Under the pieces are notes generated by a model, which was not told the origin of the DNA, searched no databases, and saw only the letters and a program-made list of their open reading frames with translations. Of a stretch of DNA of 64,000 bases, positions 28,197-39,245 are shown one piece after another. The stretch's first letter is position 1. Every line of letters starts with the position of its first letter. The position numbers were made by a program, and so were the translations under genes. The stretch is from Longimicrobiales bacterium (GTDB lineage Bacteria > Gemmatimonadota > Gemmatimonadetes > Longimicrobiales > Gaopeijiaceae), in the NCBI GenBank assembly GCA_965203485.1, contig OZ241892.1:1536001-1600000 (forward strand), given 5' to 3'.

Positions 28197-29690
28197 TCAG
28201 GCCTCCTCGCCCCAGCGCCGTACCAGGGGACTCGCCAGAAGCGCCACCAGCCCGACCAAGCCAAAGATCGTCGCCATCTGGCTGAACAGCGAGGCCGGCG
28301 CCAAGCCCTCCAGCAAGCCTGCAATTCGGCCTGCCTGGAGGTTGCCCAGGGCCGTCGCCACGAACCAGAGGCCCATCAGCTGGCTGACCCGCTTGGCAGG
28401 CGCCAGCTTGGTGACGGCCGAGAGGCCCACGGGCGAGAGCGCCAACTCGCCGACCGTGAACAGGAAGTACATGACGACCAGCCAGGAAGCCGAGGCCGGC
28501 GAGTCGGCCGTCGCGTTGGCGGCGCCCCATGAGACGACGAGGAAGCCGGCGCCGACGAGCAGGAGTCCGAGAGCGAACTTGAGCGCCGTGGACGGGTTGG
28601 CCCGGCGGGTCGCCAGCCACACCCAGAGCGAGCCGAAGACGGGCGCGAGGACGATGATGAAGAGGGAGTTGACGGACTGGAGCCAGCCGGCCGGGTAGCT
28701 GAAGCCGAAGATCGTGCGGTCGGTGTAGTCGCGCGCAAAGATGTTGAGGGACGATCCCGCCTGCTCGAAGCCTGTCCAGAATGCGGCGGCAAGGATGCAC
28801 AGCCAGAATATGACTGCGATGTTTTTCTGTTCCGCTCTGTTGTGGCCGCCGAAGAAGGTCACGGCCACGAAGTAGACCAGGACGACGGCCAGCACGACCC
28901 ACGTGAGTCCCTCGGCCACCTGCGGGAGCGTGATCGTCGTCGAGAGAAGGATTCCCCCGACCGCCAACGCCGCCGCCACGCCCAGGCAGACGCCGAAGGC
29001 GCGGAGGCCCAGCCGGCGCCGGGTCTCGGCGGACAGACCGCTCCGCAGCAAGCCCGCATCTCCGAGCTTGCCGTACGAGAGCCTGAACTGGATCACGCCC
29101 AGGACCATGCCGAAGCCGGCCAGCGAGAACCCGAGGTGCCAGTTGTAGTTCTCGCCGAGCCACGAGCAAGCCAAGGGACCCAGGAACGCGCCCAGATTGA
29201 TGCCCATGTAGAAGATCGAGAAGCCCGCGTCGCGACGGGCGTCCTTTTCCGGGTACAGGTCCGCGACGACCGAACTCACGTTCGGCTTCAGAAGTCCCGT
29301 GCCGACGGCGATGATGCCCAGGCCCGCGAAGAACATGGGCGTGAACGGCACGGCCATGCTGAAATGGCCGGCCGCGATGACGCATCCGCCCACGAAGACG
29401 GCCTTGCGCTGGCCCCACAGGCGGTCGGCCACCCAGCCGCCGGGGAGGCCCAGGAGGTAGACCATGCCGGTGTAGAGGCCGTAGATGGCGCCGGCCGTGG
29501 CCGCGTCGAGCTCGAGCCCGGGGTTCGCCCCGACCGTCGCCTGAGTCATGTAGAGAATGAGGAGCGCCCGCATTCCGTAGTAGGAGAATCGCTCCCACAT
29601 TTCGGTGAAAAAGAGGGTGTAGAGCCCTCGCGGGTGTCTGTCGGCGACGGGTTGGCTCAACGTCGGGTCTCCGTGGATCGGGGCTGGCAA
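28197..29690 (-). CDS. Proton-dependent oligopeptide transporter (POT/PTR2)
   Basis: EMWERFSYYGMR (ExxERFxYY), GGWVADRLWG, FYMGINLG, GELALSPVG; start uncertain. Confidence 0.96.
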   Translation of the reverse strand: MPAPIHGDPTLSQPVADRHPRGLYTLFFTEMWERFSYYGMRALLILYMTQATVGANPGLELDAATAGAIYGLYTGMVYLLGLPGGWVADRLWGQRKAVFVGGCVIAAGHFSMAVPFTPMFFAGLGIIAVGTGLLKPNVSSVVADLYPEKDARRDAGFSIFYMGINLGAFLGPLACSWLGENYNWHLGFSLAGFGMVLGVIQFRLSYGKLGDAGLLRSGLSAETRRRLGLRAFGVCLGVAAALAVGGILLSTTITLPQVAEGLTWVVLAVVLVYFVAVTFFGGHNRAEQKNIAVIFWLCILAAAFWTGFEQAGSSLNIFARDYTDRTIFGFSYPAGWLQSVNSLFIIVLAPVFGSLWVWLATRRANPSTALKFALGLLLVGAGFLVVSWGAANATADSPASASWLVVMYFLFTVGELALSPVGLSAVTKLAPAKRVSQLMGLWFVATALGNLQAGRIAGLLEGLAPASLFSQMATIFGLVGLVALLASPLVRRWGEEA

Positions 29691-29914
29691 GCTCGGGCAA
29701 CGTCGGAAGACGGCGGGCAGGCGTCAATACTGGCGCGTCCGCTTCACAAACCGCGGGCACGCCCGATCGGCGGGATGCCGTCGGCGCGCGCTCGAAATCC
29801 GGCTGGCGCGGGGCGCGAAACGCGGCGCCGGCCGCGAAACCCCGCGTTGGGGGCCCCGGGAAGAATCGAGCAGGCGCAGGCGGCAAGGACGCGGAAGAAG
29901 CAAGGTCCGACGCG

Positions 29915-30712
29915 CTATCGCGGCGACTTGCGCGACGGACGCTTGCGCTCGCGCTCCCGCCGGCCCGGAGCGCGGCCGCCCGGGCGCGAGCCGACCGCGA
30001 CTCTGGCGGACTTGATTTCGGATCGGAGGGCGGGCCGCCACCGTCCGACCTCGAGCGGCCCCAGGCGGAACGGGCCAAACCGGATGCGGCGGAGAGCGGC
30101 GGCTGGACACCCGACCGCCCTCAGGAGTCGGCGAACTTCGCGCTTGCGTCCTTCGGCCAAGACCAGCCGGACGCCCCATTCGCCGCCCTCCGTGCGCGTC
30201 TTGCGCACTCTCTTGGGGCGGGCGAACCCGTCGTCCAGCTCCACTCCGGCCTTGAGCGCGCGGATCGTCCGGGCCGTGACCGGTCCTCTCACCGCGGCCA
30301 CGTACTCGCGTTCGATTCGGCCGCCGGGATGGGCAAGGGCCGCGGCCAAGTCGCCGTCGTTGGTCATCAGGAGCAACCCCGACGTGTCGCGGTCCAAGCG
30401 TCCGACGTACCGCAGACCCGCTGCCCACGGGGGCAGCACGTCGTAGACGGTATCGCCTCCATAGGGGTCGTTCCGCGTGCAGAGGACGCCCGCGGGCTTG
30501 TGGAACGCGATCCAACGCCGGGGCGCGGGGCGGACGACCTTCCCGTCCAAGGACACGACGTCCACGCCGGGCGCCACACGAACACCCGGTTGCTTCGTGG
30601 GCTGGCCGTTGACGGCGATCCTGCCCTGCTCCAGCATCGCCTCGGCCTGTCTCCGCGACGCGACGCCGGCCTGCGAGAGGTACTTCTGGACGCGGACGGG
30701 GGCGGCCGTCAC
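29915..30712 (-). CDS. rluB: RsuA/RluB-family pseudouridine synthase
   Basis: S4 domain (RVQKYLSQAGVASRR), VGRLDRDTSGLLLMTNDG, EGRKREVRR; follows scpB. Confidence 0.9.
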   Translation of the reverse strand: MTAAPVRVQKYLSQAGVASRRQAEAMLEQGRIAVNGQPTKQPGVRVAPGVDVVSLDGKVVRPAPRRWIAFHKPAGVLCTRNDPYGGDTVYDVLPPWAAGLRYVGRLDRDTSGLLLMTNDGDLAAALAHPGGRIEREYVAAVRGPVTARTIRALKAGVELDDGFARPKRVRKTRTEGGEWGVRLVLAEGRKREVRRLLRAVGCPAAALRRIRFGPFRLGPLEVGRWRPALRSEIKSARVAVGSRPGGRAPGRRERERKRPSRKSPR

Positions 30713-31458
30713 AGGTCCGCGGCGCGGTCGGCGCGAGCCGCATCCGCGGCGGGATCGGGATCCTCGGGGCCGGGGCCGACGGGCGTGGAACCGGCGTCGG
30801 CGCGGTCGGCGTGAGCGGGGCCCGCATGGGCCAAGACGGCTTCGACGGCGTCCGTGGGCGTGAGTTCCGGGTCGACGGAGGCGCTGGGGTCGCCCGCTTC
30901 GGCCTCTTCCGAGAGCGGAGCCTCGGCCGCGGCCGGATCGCGCAGCACGATGGGCAGCTCCTCGGGCCTGGGGAGGGCGTCCAGCGACTCGAAGCCGAAG
31001 TGCTCCAGGAATTGCGGCGACGTGCCGTACAGGACCGGGCGCCCTATTCCGTCCCCCCGCCCCACGACGTGGACGAGCTCTCGGGCGAGCAACGTGCGGA
31101 TCACGCCGGACGAGGCGACGCCGCGCACGCTCTCGACGTCCACGCGGCTGATCGGTTGCCGGTAGGCGACGATGGCCAACGCTTCGAGGGCCGGCCCGGA
31201 AAGGCGCGACGGCTTCGCGACGGTGTCGAGCTGTTCGAGATACGGTGCAAATTCCGGCCGGGTCATGAGCTGGACGCCGCCCGCCACTTGCCGGAGCTCG
31301 AATGCCCGGCCGGACTCGGCGTAGTGCGTCCGAAGCTCGGCCAGCGCCGCCTCGACCCGGTCCTCGTCGAGCGCCTCGTCCGCCCGGGCAATCTCCTCCG
31401 GAGACAGCGGCGCGTCGCTCGCGAAGAGGACGGCCTCGACGACGCTCGCGTCGTTCAC
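30709..31458 (-). CDS. scpB: SMC-Scp complex subunit ScpB
   Basis: VEAVLFAS, LS.PALEALAIVAYRQPISR, IGRPVLYGT..FLEHFG. Confidence 0.95.
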   Translation of the reverse strand: MNDASVVEAVLFASDAPLSPEEIARADEALDEDRVEAALAELRTHYAESGRAFELRQVAGGVQLMTRPEFAPYLEQLDTVAKPSRLSGPALEALAIVAYRQPISRVDVESVRGVASSGVIRTLLARELVHVVGRGDGIGRPVLYGTSPQFLEHFGFESLDALPRPEELPIVLRDPAAAEAPLSEEAEAGDPSASVDPELTPTDAVEAVLAHAGPAHADRADAGSTPVGPGPEDPDPAADAARADRAADL

Positions 31459-32357
31459 GGCGCCGAGGGGGCCGCCGAGGCCGCGGCGGCCGGGCGTTCG
31501 GGCGGCGGCTCGTGGACCGCCGGACCCGCGGCAGGGCCCTTCGCAGAAGGTTGTCCGTACTCCGCGCCGATGTCGCCGAGTCCTCCGAACGCGCGCTCGT
31601 TCATCTGTCGGCCCGCGTATATCCAAAGGGGCGAGAACGGCTCTCTCTGGCGAAGAGACACGATCTGCCGCTTCCCCAGCTCGAGGCCCGCGAGCAACGT
31701 CATGACTCCGTGCATGCTCCGTCTCCACGGAGCCACCAAGCTGCGGAACTCGATCCGCCGCACGCGCCTGAGCGTCTGCACGATCAGATCGGCCTTGCCG
31801 CGCATCGCCACCGGCCTTGGTCGCACCCGGTGCGCCGCATCCCTCTCCTGGGGCGGCTCCACGCCGAGAGCGACCGCGTAGATTTCGTCCCAAGCGACCT
31901 CGAGCGGCATCCTCCGCGGCCGGGGCGGCCTGGCCGGCACATAGCCCTTCGCGAAGCGACGACGGCGGTCGTCCTCGGCGGCTCGGAAGCGGTGGGCAAT
32001 TTCGCGCACTTGCTCGTATTCGAGAAGACGGCGCACCAGCTCCGCCCGCGGATCCTCGTCGTCATCGTCGCCGGGCGCTCCCGGCAACAGCAACCGCGCC
32101 TTGATGCGCACCAGCGTCGCCGCCATTTCCAGGAATTCTCCGGCTTCGTCGATTCGGCGGGCCACCACGCTCTCGACGGCCTCGACGAACTGCCGCGTGA
32201 TCGGCGCGATGGGAATGTCGAAGATGTCCACGTCCTGCGTGCGAATCAGGTGCAGCAGCAGGTCGAGCGGGCCTTGGAAGTGGTCGGTGTCGACCATGAG
32301 GAACCCGTCTGTCGACGCGCCGTCGTCGAGTCCCCGAACGGCGACTCGGCCGGTCAT
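31455..32357 (-). CDS. scpA: Segregation/condensation protein ScpA
   Basis: FQGPLDLLLHLI, FLEMAATLVRIKARLLLP, DPRAELVRRLLEYE, LLAGLEL. Confidence 0.95.
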   Translation of the reverse strand: MTGRVAVRGLDDGASTDGFLMVDTDHFQGPLDLLLHLIRTQDVDIFDIPIAPITRQFVEAVESVVARRIDEAGEFLEMAATLVRIKARLLLPGAPGDDDDEDPRAELVRRLLEYEQVREIAHRFRAAEDDRRRRFAKGYVPARPPRPRRMPLEVAWDEIYAVALGVEPPQERDAAHRVRPRPVAMRGKADLIVQTLRRVRRIEFRSLVAPWRRSMHGVMTLLAGLELGKRQIVSLRQREPFSPLWIYAGRQMNERAFGGLGDIGAEYGQPSAKGPAAGPAVHEPPPERPAAAASAAPSAP

Positions 32358-33004
32358 CCGAGCACCAGCCCGAGAATCCAAGTCAGGGCCAGTCGGACCG
32401 GCGCGAAGACCACCGAGAACGCGCCCGGCGCCAGCGCCACCACGAGCAAGACGCCCACCGCGCCAAAGCGGCCAAACCGCAGGTAAGGCGCCCGCAACGA
32501 CCGCGGAAGCAGGTGGAGGAGCACCCTGGAGCCGTCCAGGGGCGGGACCGGAATCAGGTTGATCCACGCCAAGGTAAGATTGATCAAGATGCCGTAGAAG
32601 AGAACCGAGGAGAAACCGGCGCCCGCAACGACGGCCGAGCCGAAGGCCCCGCCCGTGGTCCGCCAGAGGACGAACCCCGCAACCGACAACACCGCCACGA
32701 GCGCCAAGTTGGCCGCGACGCCGGCCAGCGACACGCGAATGTCGCCGCCCCGGTAGTCGCGGAAGTTCTCGGGATTGACGGGAACCGGCTTCGCCCAGCC
32801 GAACACGAAACCGCCCGGAAGGAGATGGAGGGCCACGGGCACCAGAAGCGATCCGACCAAGTCCAGGTGCGGAAGCGGGTTCAGCGTGATGCGACCCAAG
32901 TCGCGAGCCGTGGGGTCGCCCTCGCGCCAAGCCTGCCACGCATGGGCGACTTCGTGAACGACGACGGAGAAGACGAGGACCAGCACGACGACGAGAAAAT
33001 CCAT
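32354..33004 (-). CDS. Site-2 protease (peptidase M50)
   Basis: HEVAH, GDPTA..GRITLNP, GWAKPVP, NLIPVPPLDG. Confidence 0.95.
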   Translation of the reverse strand: MDFLVVVLVLVFSVVVHEVAHAWQAWREGDPTARDLGRITLNPLPHLDLVGSLLVPVALHLLPGGFVFGWAKPVPVNPENFRDYRGGDIRVSLAGVAANLALVAVLSVAGFVLWRTTGGAFGSAVVAGAGFSSVLFYGILINLTLAWINLIPVPPLDGSRVLLHLLPRSLRAPYLRFGRFGAVGVLLVVALAPGAFSVVFAPVRLALTWILGLVLG

Positions 33005-33163
33005 TGCGATGCAATATAGGCGAACGGGGGGACGCGCGGAGCGGGACGGGTCGGTTCGGCGCACCCGTTGACCCTTGGGCGGCGCGTCTCTATTCTTGTC
33101 GGTGCCGATCGGGACTTCGCGGCGGAAGCGGAGCGGCGGATTGCCGGAAGCGAAACGGAGAAA

Positions 33164-33418
33164 ATGCCGAACATCAAGAGCGCGAAGAAGCGCATGGAGC
33201 TCAGCAGGCGGGCGCGCGACCGCAACCGGGTGACGCGGTCCCGCATCCGAACGGCCGTGCGGCGCGTTCGCGAAGCCGGTTCGCGCGAGCAGGCGGAGGG
33301 CCTCCGCCGGCAGGCAGTCGCCATCGTCGACCGGGCGGCGGCGCGACGCGTCATGCACCCCAACAGGGCCGCGCGCATCAAGTCGCAACTCGACCGGCTG
33401 GTCCGCGCCGCTTCCTGA
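33164..33418 (+). CDS. rpsT: 30S ribosomal protein S20
   Basis: MPNIKSAKKR..RNR..RSRIRTAVR..H.NRAARIKS. Confidence 0.97.
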   Translation: MPNIKSAKKRMELSRRARDRNRVTRSRIRTAVRRVREAGSREQAEGLRRQAVAIVDRAAARRVMHPNRAARIKSQLDRLVRAAS

Positions 33419-33442
33419 GGGAGGTTGCGCGGTTCGGACCGC

Positions 33443-34801
33443 TCAGCCGGCGGAGTCCAGGCTCCAGGCGGTGCGGCCCGCCACCAGCGTTCGCACGGGA
33501 CGTCCGATCGCGTTGAAGCCGGAGAACGGCGTGTTGCGGCTCTTCGACAAGAACCCGCCCGCGTCGATGGTCCACCGGCGCGACGGGTCGATCAGCGCCA
33601 CGTCCGCCGGGCGGCCGGGAGCCAAGCTGCCTGCAGGCACGCCCAGGAGTCTGGCGGGGGCGGCGGACATGCGCTCGATCAGAGTGGGCAGATCGATGAC
33701 GCCGCCCAGAACAAGCTCGGTGTGCAGCACGGCGAACGCGGTCTCCAGACCGACGACGCCGAACGGCGCGTCGTCGAACGCCTGCTCCTTCTCGTCGTAG
33801 TGGCAGGGCGCGTGGTCGGTCGCCACGCAGTCGATCACGCCTTCGGCGAGCGCCTGGCGCAATGCGCCGACGTCCTCGGCCGGGCGAAGCGGCGGGTCGA
33901 CCTTGTACTCGGCGCCGTAGCCGGCCAGCATCTCGTGGTGGAGGAGAAGATGATGCGGCGTGGCCTCCGCGGTCACCCGCGCGCCTCGCTCCCTCGCCCT
34001 CCGGATCAAATCGCATGCGGCGGCGGTGGTGACTCGCTGCACGTGAAGACGGCCGCCCGTGGCCTCGGCCAGCGCCACGTCGCGCGCCGTTCCAACCTCC
34101 TCGGCGACCGCGGGCTTGCCTCGCAATCCCAGGCGGGTCGAGACGACGCCCTCGTGCATGACCCCGCCCTCGGCGAGCCACGAATCTTCGGCGTGGGCCA
34201 GGACGGGCACGCCGAAGGACTGCGCGTACTCCAGCGCGCGCCGCATGATCAGCGTGGACCGCACGGCCCGGCAGTCGGCCAGGGCCACGGCGCCCGCCGC
34301 GACGACCTCGCCGAATTCGGTGAGCCGCTCGCCCGCGCAGCTCACCGACAGCGCCGCCGCCGGAAGCACTCTGGCGCCGACGGCCCTGCGCCCGGCCGCG
34401 ACCGCAAAGCCCACGGCGGCCGGGTCGTCCACGACCGGGTCGGTGCCGGGCATCGTACAGACGGCCGTGCAACCACCGGCCGCAGCCGCGCGCGCGCCCG
34501 ACGCGATCGTCTCCCGATGCTCCCCCCCGGGCTCGCAAAAATGCACGTGCGGATCCACGAAGCCGGGCGCCGCCACCAGGCCCGACGCATCGATGAGGCG
34601 ATCGCCGTTCGCCGCCCGTTCTCCGCCGCCGGGTCCCCCGCCCACCCGGGCCGACGCCGCTCGGCCTCCGGTCGCTTCCGGCGCAAGTCCGGCGCCCACG
34701 GCCGCGATCCGTCCGTCCTCGATCAGCACGTCGGCCCGACGGTCCACCCCTTGCGCCGGGTCCACCACCCGCCCGCCGCGTATCCAAAGCCGGCCGCTCA
34801 C
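33443..34801 (-). CDS. pyrC: Dihydroorotase-like protein (type I), probably catalytically degenerate (PyrC'-like)
   Basis: PGFVDPHVH, AAAGG.T, HAED, TAEATPHHL, PPLR, TDHAP, SKSRNTPF; downstream of pyrB; key residues substituted. Confidence 0.9.
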   Translation of the reverse strand: MSGRLWIRGGRVVDPAQGVDRRADVLIEDGRIAAVGAGLAPEATGGRAASARVGGGPGGGERAANGDRLIDASGLVAAPGFVDPHVHFCEPGGEHRETIASGARAAAAGGCTAVCTMPGTDPVVDDPAAVGFAVAAGRRAVGARVLPAAALSVSCAGERLTEFGEVVAAGAVALADCRAVRSTLIMRRALEYAQSFGVPVLAHAEDSWLAEGGVMHEGVVSTRLGLRGKPAVAEEVGTARDVALAEATGGRLHVQRVTTAAACDLIRRARERGARVTAEATPHHLLLHHEMLAGYGAEYKVDPPLRPAEDVGALRQALAEGVIDCVATDHAPCHYDEKEQAFDDAPFGVVGLETAFAVLHTELVLGGVIDLPTLIERMSAAPARLLGVPAGSLAPGRPADVALIDPSRRWTIDAGGFLSKSRNTPFSGFNAIGRPVRTLVAGRTAWSLDSAG

Positions 34802-34847
34802 TGCGCCGTTCGCTCCGTTCGAGTCCCGGACGCGCTCGGGCGCCGCG

Positions 34848-35813
34848 TCACGCGCCCGCCGCCTCCGACTCGGCCGCCGACGGAGCTCCTCCGGCAACGA
34901 GATAGAGCACGGCCATCCGGACGGCGATGCCGTTGGTCACCTGCCGAAGGATCACGGAGTGCGGTCCGTCCGCCACGTCCGAATCGATCTCGACGCCGCG
35001 GTTCATGGGGCCGGGATGCAGGACCAGCAACGGCTTCCGGGCGTTCGCAAGGCGTTCCCGGGTAACGCCGAAGACGCGGTTGTATTCCCGCAGCGACGGG
35101 ACGAAGCCGCCGCGCATGCGCTCGAGCTGCAACCGAAGCACGTTGAGCGCATCCGCCCACTCGACGGCTTCCTCCACGCGCGCCAGCACTCGGGCTCCCA
35201 AGTCCTCGATCCCCGCCGGCACCAGAGTGCGGGGTCCGCACACGGCCACCCGAGCGCCCATCTTCGTCAGCCCGTAGATGTTGGAGCGCGCGACGCGGGA
35301 ATGCAGGATGTCGCCCAGGATGCAGACCTTGAGGCCGTCGAGCCGCCCGAAGTGATCGCGCAGCGTGAGGAGGTCGAGGAGAGCCTGGGTGGGGTGTTCG
35401 TGGGCGCCGTCCCCCGCGTTGATCACGTTCGAAGGGATGCGCCGGGCCAGAAATGCCGCGGCGCCTGCGCTCCAGTGGCGCAACACCACCATGTCGATCT
35501 GCATGGCCTCGAGGTTGCGGGCCGTGTCGACGAGAGTCTCGCCCTTGGTCACCGACGAGTCGGAGGGCGCCACGTGCACCGTGTCGGCCGACAACCGCTT
35601 CTCGGCGAAGTCGAACGACAGCCGCGTGCGGGTCGAAGGCTCGAAGAAGAGGTTGACGATGGTCTTGCCCCGCAGCACGGGCACCTTCTTGATGCGCCGG
35701 GCCGAGACTTCCTTGAAGGGGCCGGCCGTGTCGAGGAGCAGCGTGATCTGTGCCGCGGACAAGGATTCCAGCCCCGTGAGGTCCTTGCCCAAGGCCGCGG
35801 GCGCGGCGCTCAC
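34848..35813 (-). CDS. pyrB: Aspartate carbamoyltransferase catalytic subunit
   Basis: [60 protein letters not shown]. Confidence 0.97.
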   Translation of the reverse strand: MSAAPAALGKDLTGLESLSAAQITLLLDTAGPFKEVSARRIKKVPVLRGKTIVNLFFEPSTRTRLSFDFAEKRLSADTVHVAPSDSSVTKGETLVDTARNLEAMQIDMVVLRHWSAGAAAFLARRIPSNVINAGDGAHEHPTQALLDLLTLRDHFGRLDGLKVCILGDILHSRVARSNIYGLTKMGARVAVCGPRTLVPAGIEDLGARVLARVEEAVEWADALNVLRLQLERMRGGFVPSLREYNRVFGVTRERLANARKPLLVLHPGPMNRGVEIDSDVADGPHSVILRQVTNGIAVRMAVLYLVAGGAPSAAESEAAGA

Positions 35814-36364
35814 GGGGCGTCGCGGGCGCACAGCTCCACGGCGAGGTCGCCGTCCACTTCCGGCACGAGGACGTCGACCCTCCGGCCGGCAGCCACGCTG
35901 CACGCGTGTCCCGCCACGTCGGCTTGCACCGGCAGCTCGCGTCCGCCCCGGTCCACCAAGACGCACAGGAGAATCCGCGCCGGGCGGCCCAAGTCGGTGA
36001 GCTCCTTCATCGCCGCGCACACGGTGCGGCCGGTGTAGAGGACGTCGTCGACCAGCACGACGGTCTTGGCGTCCACGCCTCCCGGCGGGATCCGCGTCTC
36101 CCGCACTTCCGGGCGCGGACCGATCTTCATGAGATCGTCGCGGTAGAAGGTGATGTCCAGCGTGCCGGTGGGAACCGGGCCCCGGCCGGTCTCGGCGATG
36201 GCGCGGCCGATGCGGTCGGCCAAGTGCACGCCGCGCCGCTGGATGCCCATGAGGGCGATGTCTCCGGCGCCATCCAGCGCCTCCAACGCCTCGGCGGCCA
36301 TGCGGGCGACGGCCCGCCGGACTGCGGCGGCGTCCATGAGGACGACGGGAGGGACGGAAGTCAC
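35810..36364 (-). CDS. pyrR: Bifunctional pyr operon regulator / uracil PRTase
   Basis: [31 protein letters not shown]. Confidence 0.95.
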   Translation of the reverse strand: MTSVPPVVLMDAAAVRRAVARMAAEALEALDGAGDIALMGIQRRGVHLADRIGRAIAETGRGPVPTGTLDITFYRDDLMKIGPRPEVRETRIPPGGVDAKTVVLVDDVLYTGRTVCAAMKELTDLGRPARILLCVLVDRGGRELPVQADVAGHACSVAAGRRVDVLVPEVDGDLAVELCARDAP

Positions 36365-36658
36365 GTTGTTGGGTCGTTCCCCGGTCGACAGGACGGGCGG
36401 CGCTGCCGGCCAGCGGTCGCGAAACCGAGTCCGGCGCGCAGGGGGTGCGCCGGAACACCAGACGGCCCGCTTGGGCGGGACGAGAGTTCGGCTCTACGCG
36501 AGTCGGCGGGCGGGCGCGGGCGGCCCGTTCGCATTCGCTCGGCGACCTCCGCCCCGCCCGGCGCCGATTGGAAGCTAATTGCGCGCAAGGCCGCCAACCA
36601 GCATCATGGTCTCTCTCTCTCTCGCCCCCCCACGGACCCTCGACCGCCTGCTCGTCCC

Positions 36659-38644
36659 ATGCACCGCCGCCATGCCTTCGCGGGCTCGTTCCGGCCCGTT
36701 CCTCGACGACGCCCCGGCCGTTCGGCGCGACGGGCGACGCTCGCGTGGTGCGCGGCGGCGCTGTTCGCCGCGCCGATGCAGTCGGCAGCGCAGCTGGTGG
36801 AGGACGGCCCCAAGGTCGTGCTGGGATCGGTGCCCTTCGCGCTCTCCGTGCGCACCGAAGACGACGCCGCAGCCGTCCAAGTGCTCGACGCGGCAGGCGC
36901 GTTGCTCGCCGAGGCGCCCGCAGACGCCGGAGAGACGACGCAAATTCGCGACATCGTCGTTCCGTCGCGCGACGCGTTGCCGCTCGAGGTCCGGGCGGGG
37001 GGGGCTCGGGAGGCGTTCGACCGGCCGTTCGCGCCCGGATGGTTCTCCCTGCTGCCTCCACTCCTGGCCATCCTTCTGGCGCTCGTCCTGAAGGAGGTGA
37101 TCAGCGCGCTCCTCGCGGGGATATGGCTGGGCGCGCTGGCGGTGGCGGGCTACGACCCCGTCCAGGCGACGTGGCGGCTCGTGGACCAATATGTGGTTCA
37201 GGCGCTCGCCGACACGGACAGCGGCCACGTGCACATCGTGGTCTTCAGTCTCCTGCTGGGAGGCATGGTCGGGATCATCGGCAAGAACGGCGGCACGGCC
37301 GGGATCGTGCAGGCGGTCGCGCCGCTCGCGCGAAACCGGCGTCGCGGCAAGCTGGCCACCGCGTTGGCGGGCCTCGCGATCTTCTTCGACGACTACGCGA
37401 ACACGCTGGTCGTGGGCAACACGATGCGGCCGATCACCGACAAGCTGCGGGTCTCGCGCGAGAAGCTGGCGTACTTGGTGGACTCGACGGCGGCGCCCGT
37501 CGCGGCCCTCGTGCCGGTCTCCACGTGGGTCGGCTACGAGATCTCGCTCATCGACGGGGGCCTCGAGGCGGCAGCCGCGGGCACCACGGGAGCGGACGCG
37601 GCGTTCCTCGGAGGGCTCAGCCCCTTCGGCGTCTTCCTCGACACCATCCCGTACCTCTTCTATCCCATCCTGGCCATGGCGATGGTGTTCCTGACGTCGT
37701 GGACGAACCGGGACTTCGGTCCCATGGCGCGCGCCGAGACCCGCGCAGCGGACGGCGGCGGCCTCTGCCGACCGGGCGCGACGCCGGCTACCGACACGTC
37801 CGGGTCCTTCCTCGCGCCAAAGGCCGACGTGCCCCGGCGCTGGTGGAACGCGGGCTTGCCGGTGCTGACCGTGGTGACGGTCGTGCTGGCCGGGCTCTAC
37901 ACCACGGGGAGCGCGGCGGCGGGGCCGGAAGCGTCGCTGCGCGAAGTGTTCGGGTCGGCCGACCCGTTCCGCACGCTTCTGTGGGGATCCCTGTCGGGAT
38001 GCGCGGCGGCGGCTCTGCTGTCGCTGGCGCAGCGCGCGCTAACGCTGTCGGAGTGCGTGGAGGCGTGGGCCGGAGGCGTCAAGGCGATGATGGTGGCAAT
38101 GGTGATCTTGACGCTGGCGTGGGCGCTGGGGTCGGTGGCGCAAGACGTCGGCACCGCCGCGTACCTTGCGCAGATCATCCAGGGCAACCTGCCGCTCTTC
38201 CTGCTGCCGGCCGTGGTCTTCACGACCTCGGGCCTGATGGCCTTCGCTACCGGAACGTCGTGGACGACGATGTCGATCATGATCCCGTTGGTCGTGCCGC
38301 TCGCCGTGGCGCTGGCCGGAGGCACGGGGTTCGCGGACGGCTCGCAGTACGGGCTGCTGCTGGGGACCGTGAGCGCCGTGCTCGCCGGCGCGATCTGGGG
38401 CGACCACTGCTCGCCGATCTCGGACACCACGGTGCTGTCCTCCACCGCCGCCGCCTGCGACCACATGGACCACGTGCGCACGCAGATGCCCTACGCGATG
38501 CTGGTGGGCGGCGTGGCGCTCGTTCTCGGCAGCATCGGGACGGCGCTCTGGTTGCCTCCATGGCTGGCGCTCGCTGGCGGCGTGGCGCTTCTGGCCGTCG
38601 TCTTGCGGTTCTTCGGCACGACCGTGGCGGAAGCGCGGGGGTAG
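36659..38644 (+). CDS. NhaC-family transporter with N-terminal extracytoplasmic domain
   Basis: [53 protein letters not shown]; start uncertain. Confidence 0.9.
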   Translation: MHRRHAFAGSFRPVPRRRPGRSARRATLAWCAAALFAAPMQSAAQLVEDGPKVVLGSVPFALSVRTEDDAAAVQVLDAAGALLAEAPADAGETTQIRDIVVPSRDALPLEVRAGGAREAFDRPFAPGWFSLLPPLLAILLALVLKEVISALLAGIWLGALAVAGYDPVQATWRLVDQYVVQALADTDSGHVHIVVFSLLLGGMVGIIGKNGGTAGIVQAVAPLARNRRRGKLATALAGLAIFFDDYANTLVVGNTMRPITDKLRVSREKLAYLVDSTAAPVAALVPVSTWVGYEISLIDGGLEAAAAGTTGADAAFLGGLSPFGVFLDTIPYLFYPILAMAMVFLTSWTNRDFGPMARAETRAADGGGLCRPGATPATDTSGSFLAPKADVPRRWWNAGLPVLTVVTVVLAGLYTTGSAAAGPEASLREVFGSADPFRTLLWGSLSGCAAAALLSLAQRALTLSECVEAWAGGVKAMMVAMVILTLAWALGSVAQDVGTAAYLAQIIQGNLPLFLLPAVVFTTSGLMAFATGTSWTTMSIMIPLVVPLAVALAGGTGFADGSQYGLLLGTVSAVLAGAIWGDHCSPISDTTVLSSTAAACDHMDHVRTQMPYAMLVGGVALVLGSIGTALWLPPWLALAGGVALLAVVLRFFGTTVAEARG

Positions 38645-38719
38645 CTGGAGCGGCGCGTCCAAGCGGCGGGGTCGGGCGGCATCGAACCGGCCGGTGCGCG
38701 GCCGAGGCGGCCCCCGGAC

Positions 38720-39151
38720 TCAGCTCCGCCGGGCGCGGAAGAAGTCGCGCAGCAACGCGGCGGATTCCCGGGCGAGCACCCCGCCCCGCACCTCGGCACG
38801 GTGGTTCAGGCGTTCGTCGCGGACGATGTCGCCCAAGCTTCCGGCCATCCCGGACTTCGGATCGGCGGCCGCAAAGACCAGGCGGTCGACCCGGGCGAGC
38901 ACGACCGCCCCTGCGCACTGGGCGCAGGGCTCCAGCGTGGTGTACAAGGTGCAACCGTCCAGCCGCCAGTCGCCCCGCCGGCGCGCGGCCAGCCGGATTG
39001 CCACGTGTTCCGCGTGGGCCGTCGGATCGGACCACTCGACGGTCCGGTTGTGGGACTCCGCCACAAGTTCGCCGCCCGACACCACTACGGCGCCCACAGG
39101 CACCTCGCCCCGGACGGCGCCCGCTCGCGCGGCCTCGAGCGCCCGCGCCAT
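38720..39151 (-). CDS. tadA: tRNA adenosine(34) deaminase
   Basis: GEVPVGAVVV, DPTAHAE, TLEPCAQC, DPKSG, LNH, L.DFF. Confidence 0.93.
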   Translation of the reverse strand: MARALEAARAGAVRGEVPVGAVVVSGGELVAESHNRTVEWSDPTAHAEHVAIRLAARRRGDWRLDGCTLYTTLEPCAQCAGAVVLARVDRLVFAAADPKSGMAGSLGDIVRDERLNHRAEVRGGVLARESAALLRDFFRARRS

Positions 39152-39245
39152 CCACGATCGGTCGGCGCGGTCCCGGACGTCAGCGCTCGGCGAACGCCCC
39201 GGCTGCCCTTCCCTTCGGCGGATCGGGACCAGCGGCGCCCCCGGC

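Noticed and set aside
36365..36600. PyrR-binding attenuator upstream of pyrR
   Set aside because: GC hairpins are present but I found no convincing ARUCCNGNGAGGYU loop or U-tailed terminator
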